NCBI GenBank assembly: GCA_000004695.1 | Contig: CM000151.3 | Span: 6,944,001 to 7,008,000, forward strand | Direction: 5' to 3' | DNA: 64,000 nt | DNA from: Dictyostelium discoideum | Taxonomy: Eukaryota | Shown: one piece after another, positions 39,840 to 53,398 of the stretch | How the letters are laid out: each line of letters starts with the position of its first letter | Numbering within the stretch: the stretch's first letter is position 1 | Translations under genes and position numbers: made by a program | Notes under the pieces: generated by a model | The model's input: only the letters and a program-made list of their open reading frames with translations | Told to the model about the DNA's origin: nothing | Database searches by the model: none

Positions 39840-40335
39840 TTTTAAAAAGAGAATTAAAAGTTGTGATGATTTTGTGAAAAAAATAAAAAAAAAAAAATAA
39901 AAAAATTAAAAATCGCACAAAAATTTTTTATTTTGGTTAATCTTTTTCTCGAAATCAAAATTTTTTAAAAAATAATTTTTTAAAAATTTAATAAAAAAAC
40001 ATTTCAAAATAATTATATTTAAATACAAAGATAAGAACTAATTATTAAATTTGTTATGAGTTATAATTATAATATTTTGATTAGAAAAAGTTTTTTTGAA
40101 AATAGATGTAAAATTATTAACCAAAACAAATAAACTAAAAGAAATTTTTTTTTTTTTTTTTTTTATTGACAATTATTTTATTAGTAAATAAAAAAAATAA
40201 TAATAAATTTATTATATGATATTACATTTATTTGTTGTTTTTTTTTTTTTTGTTTTATATTTTTTTTTTTTATTTTATTTTTTATTTTTTTTTTAAAATC
40301 TATACTTTTTTTTTTAAAAAATTTGAAAATTGCGT

Positions 40336-42396
40336 TTAAAGTTCATCATGGTTTGGCATATCTTCACCAGCGCCATTTGGGGAACCACCAGCAGCACCAT
40401 ATAATTTAGAGAAGATTGGTTGAACGATCTTTTCAAGGATTTTGTATTGTTCATCAAATTCTTCTTTTTCGGCAGAGGAGTTAACATCCAACCAAGAAAG
40501 GGCATCAGAGATAGCGGTTTCAATGGTTTCTTTATCATCTGATTCGATTTTACCACCGATCTTATCTTTATCACCAATGGTGTTTTTAATTTGATAGATG
40601 TAATTTTCCAAGGTATTCTTGGCTTCGACACGTTCTTTGGCAGCTTTATCTTCATCAGCGGCATCGGCAGCTTCTTTGACCATACGATCGATATCGGCTT
40701 GTGAGAGACGTTCCTTATCGTTGGTAATGGTGATGGATTCTTTAGAACCAGAAGCTTTATCTTCAGCTGATACATGTAAAATACCATTGACATCCATTTC
40801 AAAGGTGACTTCAATTTGTGGGACACCTCTTTGAGCTGGTGGGATACCAGAGAGATCAAATTTACCCAAGAGATTGTTATCTTTGGTCATTGAACGTTCA
40901 CCTTCATAGATTTGAATGGAGACACGATCTTGATTATCTTGATAGGTTGAGAAAACTTGTGATTTCTTGGTTGGAACAAATGTACCTCTTGGGATTAAGG
41001 CAGTCATAACTCCACCAACGGTTTCAATACCGAGGGTGAGTGGGGCGATATCTAAGAGTACGAGAGTGTCAGTACCTTCTTCATTGGTGAAAATACCACC
41101 TTGAACGGCAGCACCATAGGCTACAGCCTCATCTGGATGAACACCACGATTTGGTTCTTTACCATTGAAAAAATCTTTTAAGAGTTGTTGAATCTTTGGA
41201 ATACGAGTTGAACCACCAACTAAAACTACTTCGTGGATTTGTGATTTCTTGAATTTGGCATCTTCTAATACCTTCTTTACTGGGTCTAAAGTCTTTTTGA
41301 AGAGATCCATATTGAGTTCTTCAAATTTGGCTCTGGTGAGGGTTTCAATGAGATCTTTACCATCAAAGAAGTTTTCAATCTCTAATTGGGTTTGTGGAGA
41401 GGTTGAGAGAATACGCTTGGCATTTTCAGCAGCTCTTCTTAATTTTTGGAGTGATTTCTTATCTTTTGAGGCATCTTTACCAGTCTTCTTTTGGAAAACG
41501 GTTAAGAAATGTTTCATAACACGTTGATCGAAATCTTCACCACCTAAATGAGTGTCACCATTGGTTGAACGAACTTCAAATACACCATCTTCAATGGATA
41601 AAACTGAAACATCAAATGTACCACCACCTAAATCGTAAACCAAGATATTCTTTTCCTTATCACCAGTGGCATCGAAACCATAGGCTAATGCTGCTGCGGT
41701 TGGTTCATTAATAACACGTAAAACTTCAAGACCTGCAATAACACCTGCATCCTTTGTGGCTGCACGTTGTGCATCATTGAAATAAGCTGGACATGTTACA
41801 ACGGCGTGAGTTACTGTCTTACCAAGGGATGCTTCGGCAATTTCCTTCATTCTACCAAGGATCATTGCTGAGATTTCTTCTGGTGAGTAAGTCTTTTCTT
41901 CACCTTTAACTTTAACTACAACGTATGGTTTATTATTTTTTGAAACAATTTTATATGGTAATAATTTCATATCTCTTTGAACTTCTTCATCATCAAATCT
42001 AAAAAAAAAAAAAATAAATAAAAAAATAATTAGTTATATATTTAAAAAAAAAAAAATAAATAAAAAATAATTAATTAATTACCTTCTACCAATTAAACGT
42101 TTAATATCAAAAATTGTATTTTCTGGGTTGAGAGTTGCTTGATTCTTTGCAGCTTCACCAATGAGACGTTCAGTTTCAGTGAATGCAACATATGATGGAG
42201 TAATACGATTACCTTGATCATTTGGAATAATTTCAACTTTACCTTTCTTGAAGACACCAACACATGAATAGGTAGTACCTAAATCAATACCAATAACACT
42301 TCCATAATCTTTCTTTTCTTCTTCTTTCTTTTCAGCTGCTGCTGCAAAAGAAATTAATAATAATAAACATAATAATGCGTAAATGGATTTATTCAT
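40336..42396 (-). CDS. grp78: ER-luminal Hsp70 chaperone BiP/GRP78, with a signal peptide and a C-terminal HDEL. It has 2 exons.
   Basis: Exon 1 is 42396..42083 ([49 protein letters not shown]...[12 protein letters not shown]) with donor GTAATT. Exon 2 is 41998..40336 ([28 protein letters not shown]...[11 protein letters not shown]...[10 protein letters not shown]). Hsp70 signatures are present throughout. Confidence 0.95.
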
Positions 42397-42810
42397 TTTT
42401 TATTTATATATAATGTACAATTTGGAATTTAAAAAAAAAAAAAAAAATGAAAAATGAAAAATGAATTTTTTTTATGGAGTGAACTGAATTTTTTTTTTTT
42501 TTTTTAAATAGTTTTTTTTTTTAAAATAGTTTTTTTTTAATTTTGTTGCAGCGTCATCACTCACTTCCAACACACCAAAAAAAAAACCAAAAAATTTTTT
42601 AAAAAAAAAAAAATTAAAAAATTAAAAAAATCGAGAGTCATATTATTAATTTTACAAGAATAATAAATTATTATTATTCTTTTTCCTTTTTTATTATTCA
42701 GTTTTTTTTTTTTCTTGACTCAAATTGGTTTCCTTTTTTTTTTTAATTATTATCCAGTCAATCTGGATTTTTTATCAAATTTTAAAACCGAAAGTTATGA
42801 CACGGAGTTC

Positions 42811-42871
<61 letters not shown>

Positions 42872-44861
42872 CATATTTTTTTTAAAAAAAAAAAAAAAAA
42901 AATAATAATTTGAACCAGATATATTTATAAATTTGAAATTTCTTAAAATATTTATTTATTTTTCCATTATTATTATTTTAATTTTTTTAACTTTTAATTA
43001 AATAATTTAAATATTTTCTTAAATAATAATTTTATTATTTTTTTTTTTTAAAATAATTAAATAATTTAAATGTTTTAAAAATTTTTTTTTTATTTTTTTA
43101 TTTCTTGTTAAATATTAATTCTTTTGATTTATTAATCAAATAACCACCAAAAACAATTATTTGATATAAATTAATTGATGAAAAATTAATTGGGGAAAAT
43201 TGAAAATAAAAAGGTATAAAAAAAAAAGTCCAATATATATATATATTTCCAAAAAAAAATATATATAAATATGTATATTTTTAAGGAAAAACCAAAATCA
43301 TCCCATTTTAAAAAGCGTTACATATGCCGTTCCTAAATTTCCAGCTTATTTCAATGATATACAAGTTTACCTACTAAAATACAGCTGGTGGTGTATTATT
43401 AAGAGGTCTTCAAGTATTAACAAAGTTAATAATGACCCAACTGCAGCTCTGCATTTATTATTTTATTATATAAGTGGTTTTTGAAATTTAATTATTTAAT
43501 TATTTATTGTTTGAATTTCAAAAGGTTCCAGTCAGTTAAGTCAAGTTAAATTTTTTTTAAAAAAAAAATGTAAAGAAAAAAACCAACTTTTAAAATTAAT
43601 TATAACCATTGATTTAATTCTAAATACGAAACTTTTAAAACTTTTTTTTTTTTTTTTTTTTGATGGAATTTCTTATTCCATAATATCGTATTTTAAAAGT
43701 AGATAAACAAATTTTTTAAAAAAAAAAATAAAAAAATAAAATAAAATAAAATATTGTTATATAATTTTCTAAAAAAATAAAATAAAAAAAAAAAAAAATA
43801 ATAATATTTTAAAATCTCTCTTTTTACTTGTTGAAATCATACTCAAAAAAAAAGAATTTTTTTTTAATGTAAAAATTGTTTAAAATAATGAATTAGCTTT
43901 GCTTGTATATCAACATATCTACTCTACAAATTATAAAAAAAACAGTGGGTGTTTTGTCTGATTAATTTTTTTTTTTATTTTTTTATTTTTTTTTTTTTTA
44001 TTTTTTATTTTTTTTTTAATTAATTTTTAGTTCAATCAAATAAAACTATAAATAATATTTTTTATTTTTATTTTATTGATATTAAATAAAAAATCATAAA
44101 ATCAAATTTTAAAAATAAAAAATAAATAAAATAATTAATTATTAAACTAAAAAAAAACAAAAAAAAAAAAAAAAAAAAAAATATTTATAATTATAAAATG
44201 TTTCTTAGTATGTTTTATTTCTTTACAATTAATTAGAATCAAAAAAATTTTTTATTCATTTTTTTTTTATATTTTTATTAATTAAATATTTAATTATTTT
44301 ATTTAGAATTATTAATTTCATTATCAAATAAAAAGAATTCTTCATTAAATTCAATTTCAAATGAATTTAATAATAACTTAAATTATTCAATTAATAATAT
44401 TTCAAATAAAAATTCAATTACATCCGTTTCATATTTTACAAGACCAAATTTTGTAAATTATTAATTTATTAATTTAATAATTTAATTCTGGAAAAAAAAA
44501 AAAAAAAAAAAAAAAAAAAGAATGAAAATTAAAAAATATTCAAACGTTATTTATTTATTTATTTATTTGTAAAAATAATATAAAAAAAAAAAAATAAAAA
44601 TAAAAATTAATAATAATCTTGTTGTTCAACACTATAAAATAAAAAATTTAAAAACAAAGCAAAAAAATTATGTTTCCCCCCCAGATGTCGACGTATTTTA
44701 TTCTTCTAAATTTAAAATTTATTTTTTAATTTTTTTTTAAAATTTTAAAATTTTTATTCTTTTTTTTATTTTTTTTTAATATAAAGGGTAATAAATTCTT
44801 ACAAATTATTCACATGTGGTATGAATTAAGTGTGTGTATTCATTTATTTTATTGAACAAAC

Positions 44862-44900
<39 letters not shown>

Positions 44901-44935
44901 ATTATAAAAAAATCAAATAATTAATTTATTAATTA

Positions 44936-46122
44936 ATGGCAACAAGAGATAGAACACCATCATATCTTTTATTAAAAATCGAATATAACAATAGAAGACC
45001 CATTAACCATAAGAAATCAACATCAAATTATGAAACATTAGATGAAGAGAATAGAAATGGTATGATACCATTAGTATCATTAAACAATAATAATTATAAA
45101 AATGGCGCAAATATTGATACTAGTCCAAAATTACAACAATTAAATGTAATACCTGCGTGGATGCAAAGAATAAATGATATAGATGTAAATCTATCAAAAA
45201 TTCATTCTCAAAGTAAGTTTTTTTTTTTTTTATTTTTTTAATTTTTATTTTTTTTTTTTTTATTTCCTAAACTATACATATTAATTTTTTTTATTTTTTA
45301 TTTTTTTTTTAATAATAATAATAAATAGTTGAAAAATTAAAAGGATATCATGATAAAAATTTATTACCAGATATGAGTTTGGAAGATCAATCAGATTTAG
45401 AAAGATCAATTGAAATTACTACTTCTGAAACTACAAGAGTATTTATTTTTAAAATAATAAAAAAAAAAAAAAAAAAAAACTAATTTTTTATATATTTTTA
45501 GTTATTCCATAAAACACATGATATGATAATAAATTTAGGTGGTGATAAAGGTACAATTTTTACATCAGAAGATATAAAGATTAAAAAAAATGTACAACAA
45601 TCGAAATCAGCGAAATTACAATCATTATCAGTATTATTTAGACGAAAACAAAGTAATTATTTAAAAGCATTAAGAAAAAGGTCAAATTCATTTACAGATT
45701 TATATAATAAAAGTGGACTTGCTAAAGAAGAAGAAGAAGAAGAAGGAGAAGGAGAAGAGGAAAATCAACTTTGGCAAGAAATCGAATTCGATTTTACAAA
45801 TGAACAAAAACAAATAGTCAAATTAATGGAAATTGAAATTTCATCAAGAGATAAAGAAATTAGAAATCTACTTGAATCAATCAATGATTTAACTCGATTA
45901 TTTCAAGATATAAGTTTATTAGTTGCTCAACAAGGTACTATATTAGATAGAATAGATTATAATTTAAATGAAACCGAGTCAATGGTAACTGACGCAACAG
46001 ATGTAGTTATTATAATAAATAAAAAGCATAAAGAATATAGATCAAGATTATGTATATTAATGGTTTTAGTTGCTTTAGTTGTTTCAATGATTTTCATTAT
46101 TATTTTAAAAATGGTATTCTAA
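44936..46122 (+). CDS. Syntaxin-16/Tlg2-like Qa-SNARE, copy 1 of a tandem array. It has 3 exons.
   Basis: Exons are 44936..45212, 45329..45438 and 45502..46122, with GTAAGT/GTATTT donors. It has an N-peptide MATRDRTPSYLLLK, consistent with an SM-protein/Vps45-binding motif. The SNARE motif is RDKEIRNLLESINDLTRLFQDISLLVAQQGTILDRIDYNLNETESMV, with a zero-layer Q. There is a C-terminal TM helix (LCILMVLVALVVSMIFIIIL). Confidence 0.85.
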
Positions 46123-46159
46123 TTTTATAAAATTAAAAAATAAAATAAAGTTAAATTTT

Positions 46160-46224
<65 letters not shown>

Positions 46225-46869
46225 AATTAATTCTAAATTTTTATGAAAATTTTATTATTGATGATATTTTTATTTTGTGGAGCTTTAAAATTGAAGTGAT
46301 TGATAACTACACACTGTTTAGGGGGGTTTGATTTTTATTACTTTTTGATTTTCAGACCACGAAAACAATTTTTTATTTTTTTTTTTTTGACACATTCACA
46401 AAAAAAAAGTTTGCCCCTGGTGATGAAGAATTTAAAAATATCTTTTATGTCAAAAAATTCCTTAATCTAGATTTTTTTGGAAAAAAATTTTTATTTCATA
46501 GAAAAAAACAGAAAATCTGATTTTCTGGTGATTGTCAAAAAAAAAAAAAAATAAAAAAAAATAAAATTTTTTTTGTTTTTTTTTTTTTGTTTTTTTTTTA
46601 CTTTTTTTTTTTTTTTTTAATTTTAAAATCAAGTGTTGTGCTAAAAGGTGCCGTAGTAAAATATAAAAAAAAAAAAAGTATTGTTGAAACACAAAACAAC
46701 ACGTTTTTTTTCTGAAAAAAAAAAAAAAAACAAAAAAAAACAGAACCAAACAAAAAATAAAAAAAATAAAAAAAATAAATAAATAAAATAAAAATAAATA
46801 AAAATAAATAAAAATAAATAAAAAAAAAAAATAAAAAAAATAGGGTTTAGAAATCATAATTTTTAAAAA

Positions 46870-48122
46870 ATGGCAACAAGAGACATAACATCATCATATA
46901 TTTTATCAAGAACAGAATGTAAAAATCGTGCAAAAATAATAAATAGTGCAATTAATATTAATATTAAAAAATCAGGATCAGGTTATAAAAGATTAGAAGA
47001 AGAGAATTATCAAGATATTGATATTGATAATAATAATAATAATAATAATATAAATAATAATAATATAAATAATAATGACAATGATAATGATACTACTAAT
47101 AATATAAAGAACAGTAATAATAATAATGATATACAATTAAATATACTCGATACTGAAATAAATATAGAACAATTAAATTCATTACCACCATGGATTCTAA
47201 AATTAAATGATATAGATGAGAATATTAAAAAAATTATATCATTAAGTATGTCTTTTTTTTTTTTTATCATCATCCCATTTTAAAAAAAATAATTATTAAT
47301 TAAAAAAAAAAAAAAAATAAAGTTGAAAAATTTAAAAAATATTTAAAAGAAGATATTGATAAAATTTTAGCAGAAGATATTGAAATGGAAAGTAGAATTG
47401 ATTGTGAAAGATCAATTGAACTTTTAACGATGGAAACAATTAGATTATTTCATAAAACATTTGATATGATAAAGTATTTAAATAAAAGTAATAATTCAAG
47501 TCAAGGTGAAAATAAAATGAAAAAGAATACACAGAGAATGAAATCTGCAAAATTAAAAGCATTATTAATAACATTCAAACATATTCAAAGGTCATATTTA
47601 GCATTGTTAAAGAAAGTATCAAGTTTACAACGGAGTTTATCTTCATCATTTTTATATAGAAGTGGTGAATATGATGTAAATAATGATAATGAAGATTATG
47701 GTGAGAATAGTAGTATTAGCAATTCACATTATCTTCAACATCATCACAACAACAACCACCACCATGAAGATGATCATGATCATGAGGAAGATCATGAAGA
47801 GATTATGGATGAATTAAATGAAATGGCAACTACATTAATTGAAAGACAAAGAGTATCTCAATTAATTAAAGAAACTTCTCATTTAATTCAAGACGTTGGC
47901 TCAATGTGTGTAAAAAAAGATTCAATTTTTGATAGAATAGATTACAATTTAGCTGAAGGTGAAGAATTAGAATTTAATGGTACTATTTTAATTTGTGATG
48001 GTATTACTAATGGTTATGAAAGACCAGAAAATGAAAAAAGAAAAAAATTATTATTGATTTTTGCTGTTTTAATCATAGTAATATTGTTCATATTTATTTT
48101 AAAATATGTAATTGAAATTTAA
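46870..48122 (+). CDS. Divergent syntaxin-16-like paralog, copy 2. It has 2 exons. The exon 2/3 intron is lost, a His/acidic insertion is present and the zero-layer Gln is replaced.
   Basis: Exon 1 is 46870..47245 with a GTATGT donor. Exon 2 is 47323..48122. It has an N-peptide MATRDITSSYILSR. The region homologous to copies 1 and 3 (..SIELLTMETIRLFHKTFDMIKYL..) is continuous here, so the intron is absent. There is an insertion ..HYLQHHHNNNHHHEDDHDHEEDHEE... The SNARE core is IQDVGSMCVKKDSIFDRIDYNL, compared with LVAQQGTILDRIDYNL in copy 1. The TM tail is LLLIFAVLIIVILFIFIL. Confidence 0.75.
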
Positions 48123-48584
48123 ATTATAAATACTAAATAAATAAAACAAAGAAATAAATAATTAAATAAATTTATTTTTACATCGGATACCAGTAAAAAA
48201 AAAAAAAAAAAAATTGAAAAATCCAAGAATTTCTTTTCATATTTATTTTAAATTTTTATATTTTATAAAATTAAAAATTAATTATTTTATTTTATTATTA
48301 TTTATTATTTTCTGGAAAGCAGAAAAAATCAAAATTATCAAAAGCATTATAATTTGATTTTATCAATAATTTGGATTCATATTGCTAATAAATTTTATTT
48401 TCAAATAAATAAAAAAAAAAATAAAAAAAAAAAAATTTATAAAAAATTTTAATTTCAAAAAATAATAATATTTAATAATAAAATAATAATAACAAAATTA
48501 AAATTAAAGAAATAATAATATATAAAATAAAAATAAAATAATTGTTTTATTTAATTAAATTATTATTATTAATTTAATTAAAAT

Positions 48585-48621
<37 letters not shown>

Positions 48622-48968
48622 TTAATAATATTTTAAAAAGATTATTTTGTTTGATTTTTAAAAAAAAAAAAAGTCATCGTGAGCAAACAATCAGTTTTTT
48701 AAAAAATAGATTAATTAATAAAAAAAAGAATTCATTATTACCATCTTGTTATTAAATTTACCCAATCTTCTGCATTAATTACTTTATTTTTGACATTTTA
48801 AGAAACAAAGTTTTAATAATTTTTTTATTATCCAAGAATTAAATACAATTTTTGAATTAATGCAAAATAAAAGAAATAAATTTAAAAAACAAAAAAATAA
48901 AAGTAAAAATAAAAAACAAAAAAATAAAAATAAAAATAAAAAAAAAGTAATTATGTCTGGTAATGATT

Positions 48969-49009
<41 letters not shown>

Positions 49010-49305
49010 TTTTTTTTATTTTTGTTTTAAAAATTAACGACCACCTCAATAAAACCAAAAATTAAAAAAAAAAAAAAAAAAAAAAATTTATAAAAAATAT
49101 CAAAATAATTGTGCGTTTCAAATTATTTTTTTTATTTATTTATTTAATAACAATAACAAAAAGGATTAATAAAACTTTACAACTAAACAGCAAAGATTAT
49201 AATTTCTTAATTAATAAACAAAACACACACCCACACATATACATATATATATATATATTTATTTTTATAAATATATATATATTAATTATTATATAGCAGA
49301 CCTAA

Positions 49306-50463
49306 ATGGCAACAAGAGATAGAACCCCTTCATTTAATTTAATAAAATCAGAATACAAGAATAGAAGACCCTCAAGACACTATGGTAATGAATCAGATGA
49401 AGATAGTAATAATGTACCATTAGTATCTCTTAATAGAGCTGGAAATAATATTCATAATAACAATAATAATGACCTTAATTTACAAAAATTAAATGTATTA
49501 CCAGCATGGATGCAAAGAGTTAATGATATAGATGTAAACTTAACAAAAATTTCACAACAAAGTAAGTAATATATTCTTCTTCTTTTTTTTTTTTATTCAT
49601 TCATTCATTTATTTAAAATATTTAACCTAAAAAGATAAAATTATTAACAACAACAACAACAACAACAACAATAATAATACATAATAATAATAATAATAAA
49701 TAGTTGAAAAATTAAAAGGATATCATGATAAAAATTTATTACCAGATATGAGTATGGAAGATCAATCGGATTTAGAAAGATCAATTGAAATTACAACTGC
49801 TGAAACTACAAGAGTATTTATCAACATATTATTATTAATAAAATAATTAAATAATAAAAATACTAACATTATTAATATTTTTAGTTATTTCATAAAACAC
49901 ATGATATGATAAAAAATTTAGGTGGTAAAGGTACAATATTATCAGCAGAAGATATGAAAATGAAAAAGAATATACAATCAAGTAAATCAGCAAAATTACA
50001 ATCACTTTCATTATCATTTAGACAAAAACAAAGAACTTATTTAACAGCATTACAAAAAAGGTCAAATTCATTTTCAGATTTGTATAATGACCAAAATGAT
50101 GATGATGATGGTGAAAATGCAATCGATTTAGATTTTACAGATGAATTAAAACAAGTTGTAAATGCAATGGAAGAAGAAATCACTCAAAGAGATAAAGAAA
50201 TTAGAAAAATCGTTGCATCAATCAATGATTTATCTCATTTATTCCAAGATATAAGTGTATTGGTTGTTCAACAAGGTACTTTATTAGATAGAATAGATTA
50301 TAATTTAAATCAAACTGAAGCATATACTCAAGAAGCAGTCGTTGAAATTGATGAAACAAATAAAATACATAAAGAATATAGAACTAGATTATGTATATTA
50401 ATGATTTTAGTTGCTTTGGTTGTTGCAATGGTTTTCATATTTATTCTTAGATTCATTTTTTAA
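49306..50463 (+). CDS. Syntaxin-16/Tlg2-like Qa-SNARE, copy 3. It has 3 exons and is closely related to copy 1.
   Basis: Exons are 49306..49561, 49704..49813 and 49885..50463. A TACTAAC branch site sits at 49861-49867. It has an N-peptide MATRDRTPSFNLIK. The SNARE motif is RDKEIRKIVASINDLSHLFQDISVLVVQQGTLLDRIDYNLNQTE. The TM tail is LCILMILVALVVAMVFIFIL. Exon 2 is the same length (110 nt) as in copy 1. Confidence 0.85.
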
Positions 50464-50741
50464 AATAAATAAATAAAATAATAAAATAAAATGATACATA
50501 AAAAAAAAAAAAAAACAAAAAAAAAAAGTAACAACAATGATAAAAAAAATGTAAATCTTCCCAAAAAAAATAAAATTAAATACTAAAAAATAAATATTAA
50601 AATTTAAAAATAAATACTAAAATTAAAAACAAATAAAAGAAGTCTATTTTTTTTTTTTTTACATAATTTTTTTTATTAAAAGAAAAAAAAAAATAAATTA
50701 AAATACAAAAACTAAAAATTGGTTATTTTTTTTTTTTTTTT

Positions 50742-50773
<32 letters not shown>

Positions 50774-50799
50774 TTTTTTGATTATGAAAATACTTTTTC

Positions 50800-50830
<31 letters not shown>

Positions 50831-50896
50831 TTTTAGATTTTAGATTTTATATAGATATATTTATATATATATTTTTTTAAATTATTATTATTATTA

Positions 50897-50936
<40 letters not shown>

Positions 50937-50953
50937 TTTTATTATTAACATAT

Positions 50954-53355
50954 TTATTGAGTTTGTGGTCTACTATTATTACTACTATTACTCATATTTA
51001 ATTGATGTAAAGAAGAAACGCTATTTCTAAAAGCCATACCAGAACTTTGATTTAATGAATTATTTGTTGAATTTGAACCATTTACAATTGTTTTCAAGTT
51101 AATATTTTCATTTCTTAGATAAGAATTTTCTGATTGAAGAACATCCAATTGAGTTTGAAGTTTAGAAACCAAATTTGGATCGGTTGGAGATAAAACTTGA
51201 CCATTACTAGTATTGAGAAGGTTTTGTTGTTGAAGCCAATTGGTGAGTGTGGATATCTTATCTTCAAGATAGGAAATATGAGTTGCTTGGGAGTCGAGTT
51301 TTGATTGAATTTTATTATTCTTTCTACCACTGGTACCTCTACTACTCTTTTTATATTTTGAAGATTTATAATCTCTATCTCTACTTCTGTCTCTACTTCT
51401 ATCAGAATCAGATGATCTATCTCTGGATTTATTTCTACTATCACGACTTCTACTTCTTCTTCTGTTGGAATGACTTCTTGAACGATCTCTACTTCTATCC
51501 CTACTATCAGAATCTCTACTTCTTGAACGATCTCTGCTTCTATCTCTACTTCTATCTCTATCCCTTTCTCTACTTCTATCTCTTGAACGATCTCTACTTC
51601 TATCTCTATCTCTTGAACGATCTCTACTTCTATCTCTTTCTCTATCTCTACTTCTATCTCTTGAACGATCTCTACTTCTGTCTCTATCTCTTTCTCTGTC
51701 TCTATCTCTTTCCCTTTCTCTTTCTCTATCTCTGTCTCTTGAACGATTATGTCTATCTCTTTCTCTTTCTCTGTCTCTACTAACATTTCTACTTCTAGAG
51801 TTTTTATAGGTTTTATTAGAACGATCACGGTCACGTTCACGTTCACGATCTCTTTTACTATTGCTACTACTGCTACTGCTCTTTTTCTTTTTATAAGATT
51901 TTCTATCACTTTCATATCTACTAGAGTGTTCATCAGAGCTCGAAGTATGAGAGGTTGAATCTGAACTCTCTGATAAAGAGGAGGCTCTTGATGATTGTCT
52001 AGATTTTGATTTATTTGATTTACTGGTAGAGTTATTTTCTTTATCGGAAGATGGAGATGGGGGTTTTGATAGAGCACTACCCGATGCAGATATTAATTCT
52101 CTATTGTATGCGCCATTACTACTAATACTACTATTATTACTATTTATCATAGCTGGATCTTGTTGTTGTTGTGGTATTTGTTGTTGATGTTGTAATGGTG
52201 ATTTTGGTGAGGTTGTAACCAATGATGGAATATTACCATGAGATGAAGAGGATGGTATACTACCTTCTTTCTTTGGTGAGGTTTTTGGTGGAGTTATTAA
52301 ATCAGATTGATTTAATTTAACAATATTTATAGCGTTGATCGGACTTGGAGTTTTAATTGGTTGTTGTAGTTGATGTTGTTGTTGTGGTGGTTGTAAGGTT
52401 TGAGGTTGTTGAGTGTTATTTACAACAGTTGTTGATGCTGCTGAAGATGTTGGGTGAATTGAACTATGTGCTAAACCATGAACATTACTATGTGCGCTTG
52501 CACCCAAATTACTACTGGCGTTATGGTTCGGTATACTTCCAGATGAATGGGATAAATGATGATGTTGTTGTTGTTGGTGATAAGCAGCTGCAGTAACTGG
52601 AATAGCTGTTGGTAAGGTTAATGGTACAACTGGTGGAGGAACGACAGTCGATGATGATCCAAGTGCTGTATGATTACTTGTTGGTGTAGATGTTCTACTA
52701 TGACTTGGTGTTGAACCTGGTGATGTTGATGGTGTGTGTGATGGCGTTTCAAATGGTGATTGAGTTAAATTTTCTTTAGTTTTATTATTATTATTATTAT
52801 TATTATTTGATGGATTTGTAGTTGTAGTTGTAGTTGTTGTAGTTGTAGTTGATGAATTATTATTATCATTATTTTCATTTGGAAATATCCATTCATCAGC
52901 TGAATTACTATGACCAGTATCAAATTGTGGTGAAGAAGTATTTCTAAGCATAGCAAATGAATCTTCGGATAACATTTGATATCTTTGACCTAATGGTGGT
53001 AATTTTGCCAAAATATGTTGAACTAAATAATCTGGTTTCTTTGCTTGCTTAAAGAATCTATGTTCTAAAAGTTTTGAAGGTAATGGTCTTTTAGATGGAT
53101 CCTTTTGAAGACATTTTTCAACTAAATCTTTAAAACTATGAGACCATTTACTTTCGCCATCCCCCTCCAATGATGGTGGTGGGTTTTGAAGTGTCAATAA
53201 TAAAACTTTCATTGGTGGATATTCTGCAAAAGGTGCCTTACCTCTTGCAAGTTCTAATGCTGTAATACCAAATGACCAAATATCAACTGCATAATCATAA
53301 TTAACTTGTTCCATAATTTCCTAAATTTTTTAAAAAAAATAAAATAAAATAATTA

Positions 53356-53398
<43 letters not shown>

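Noticed and set aside
51115-52077. 320-aa antisense ORF and 178-aa + ORF inside the kinase gene
   Set aside because: They are generated by the RS/RD codon repeat (AGA GAT AGA AGT...). The minus-strand kinase frame is continuous and homologous to OSR1.
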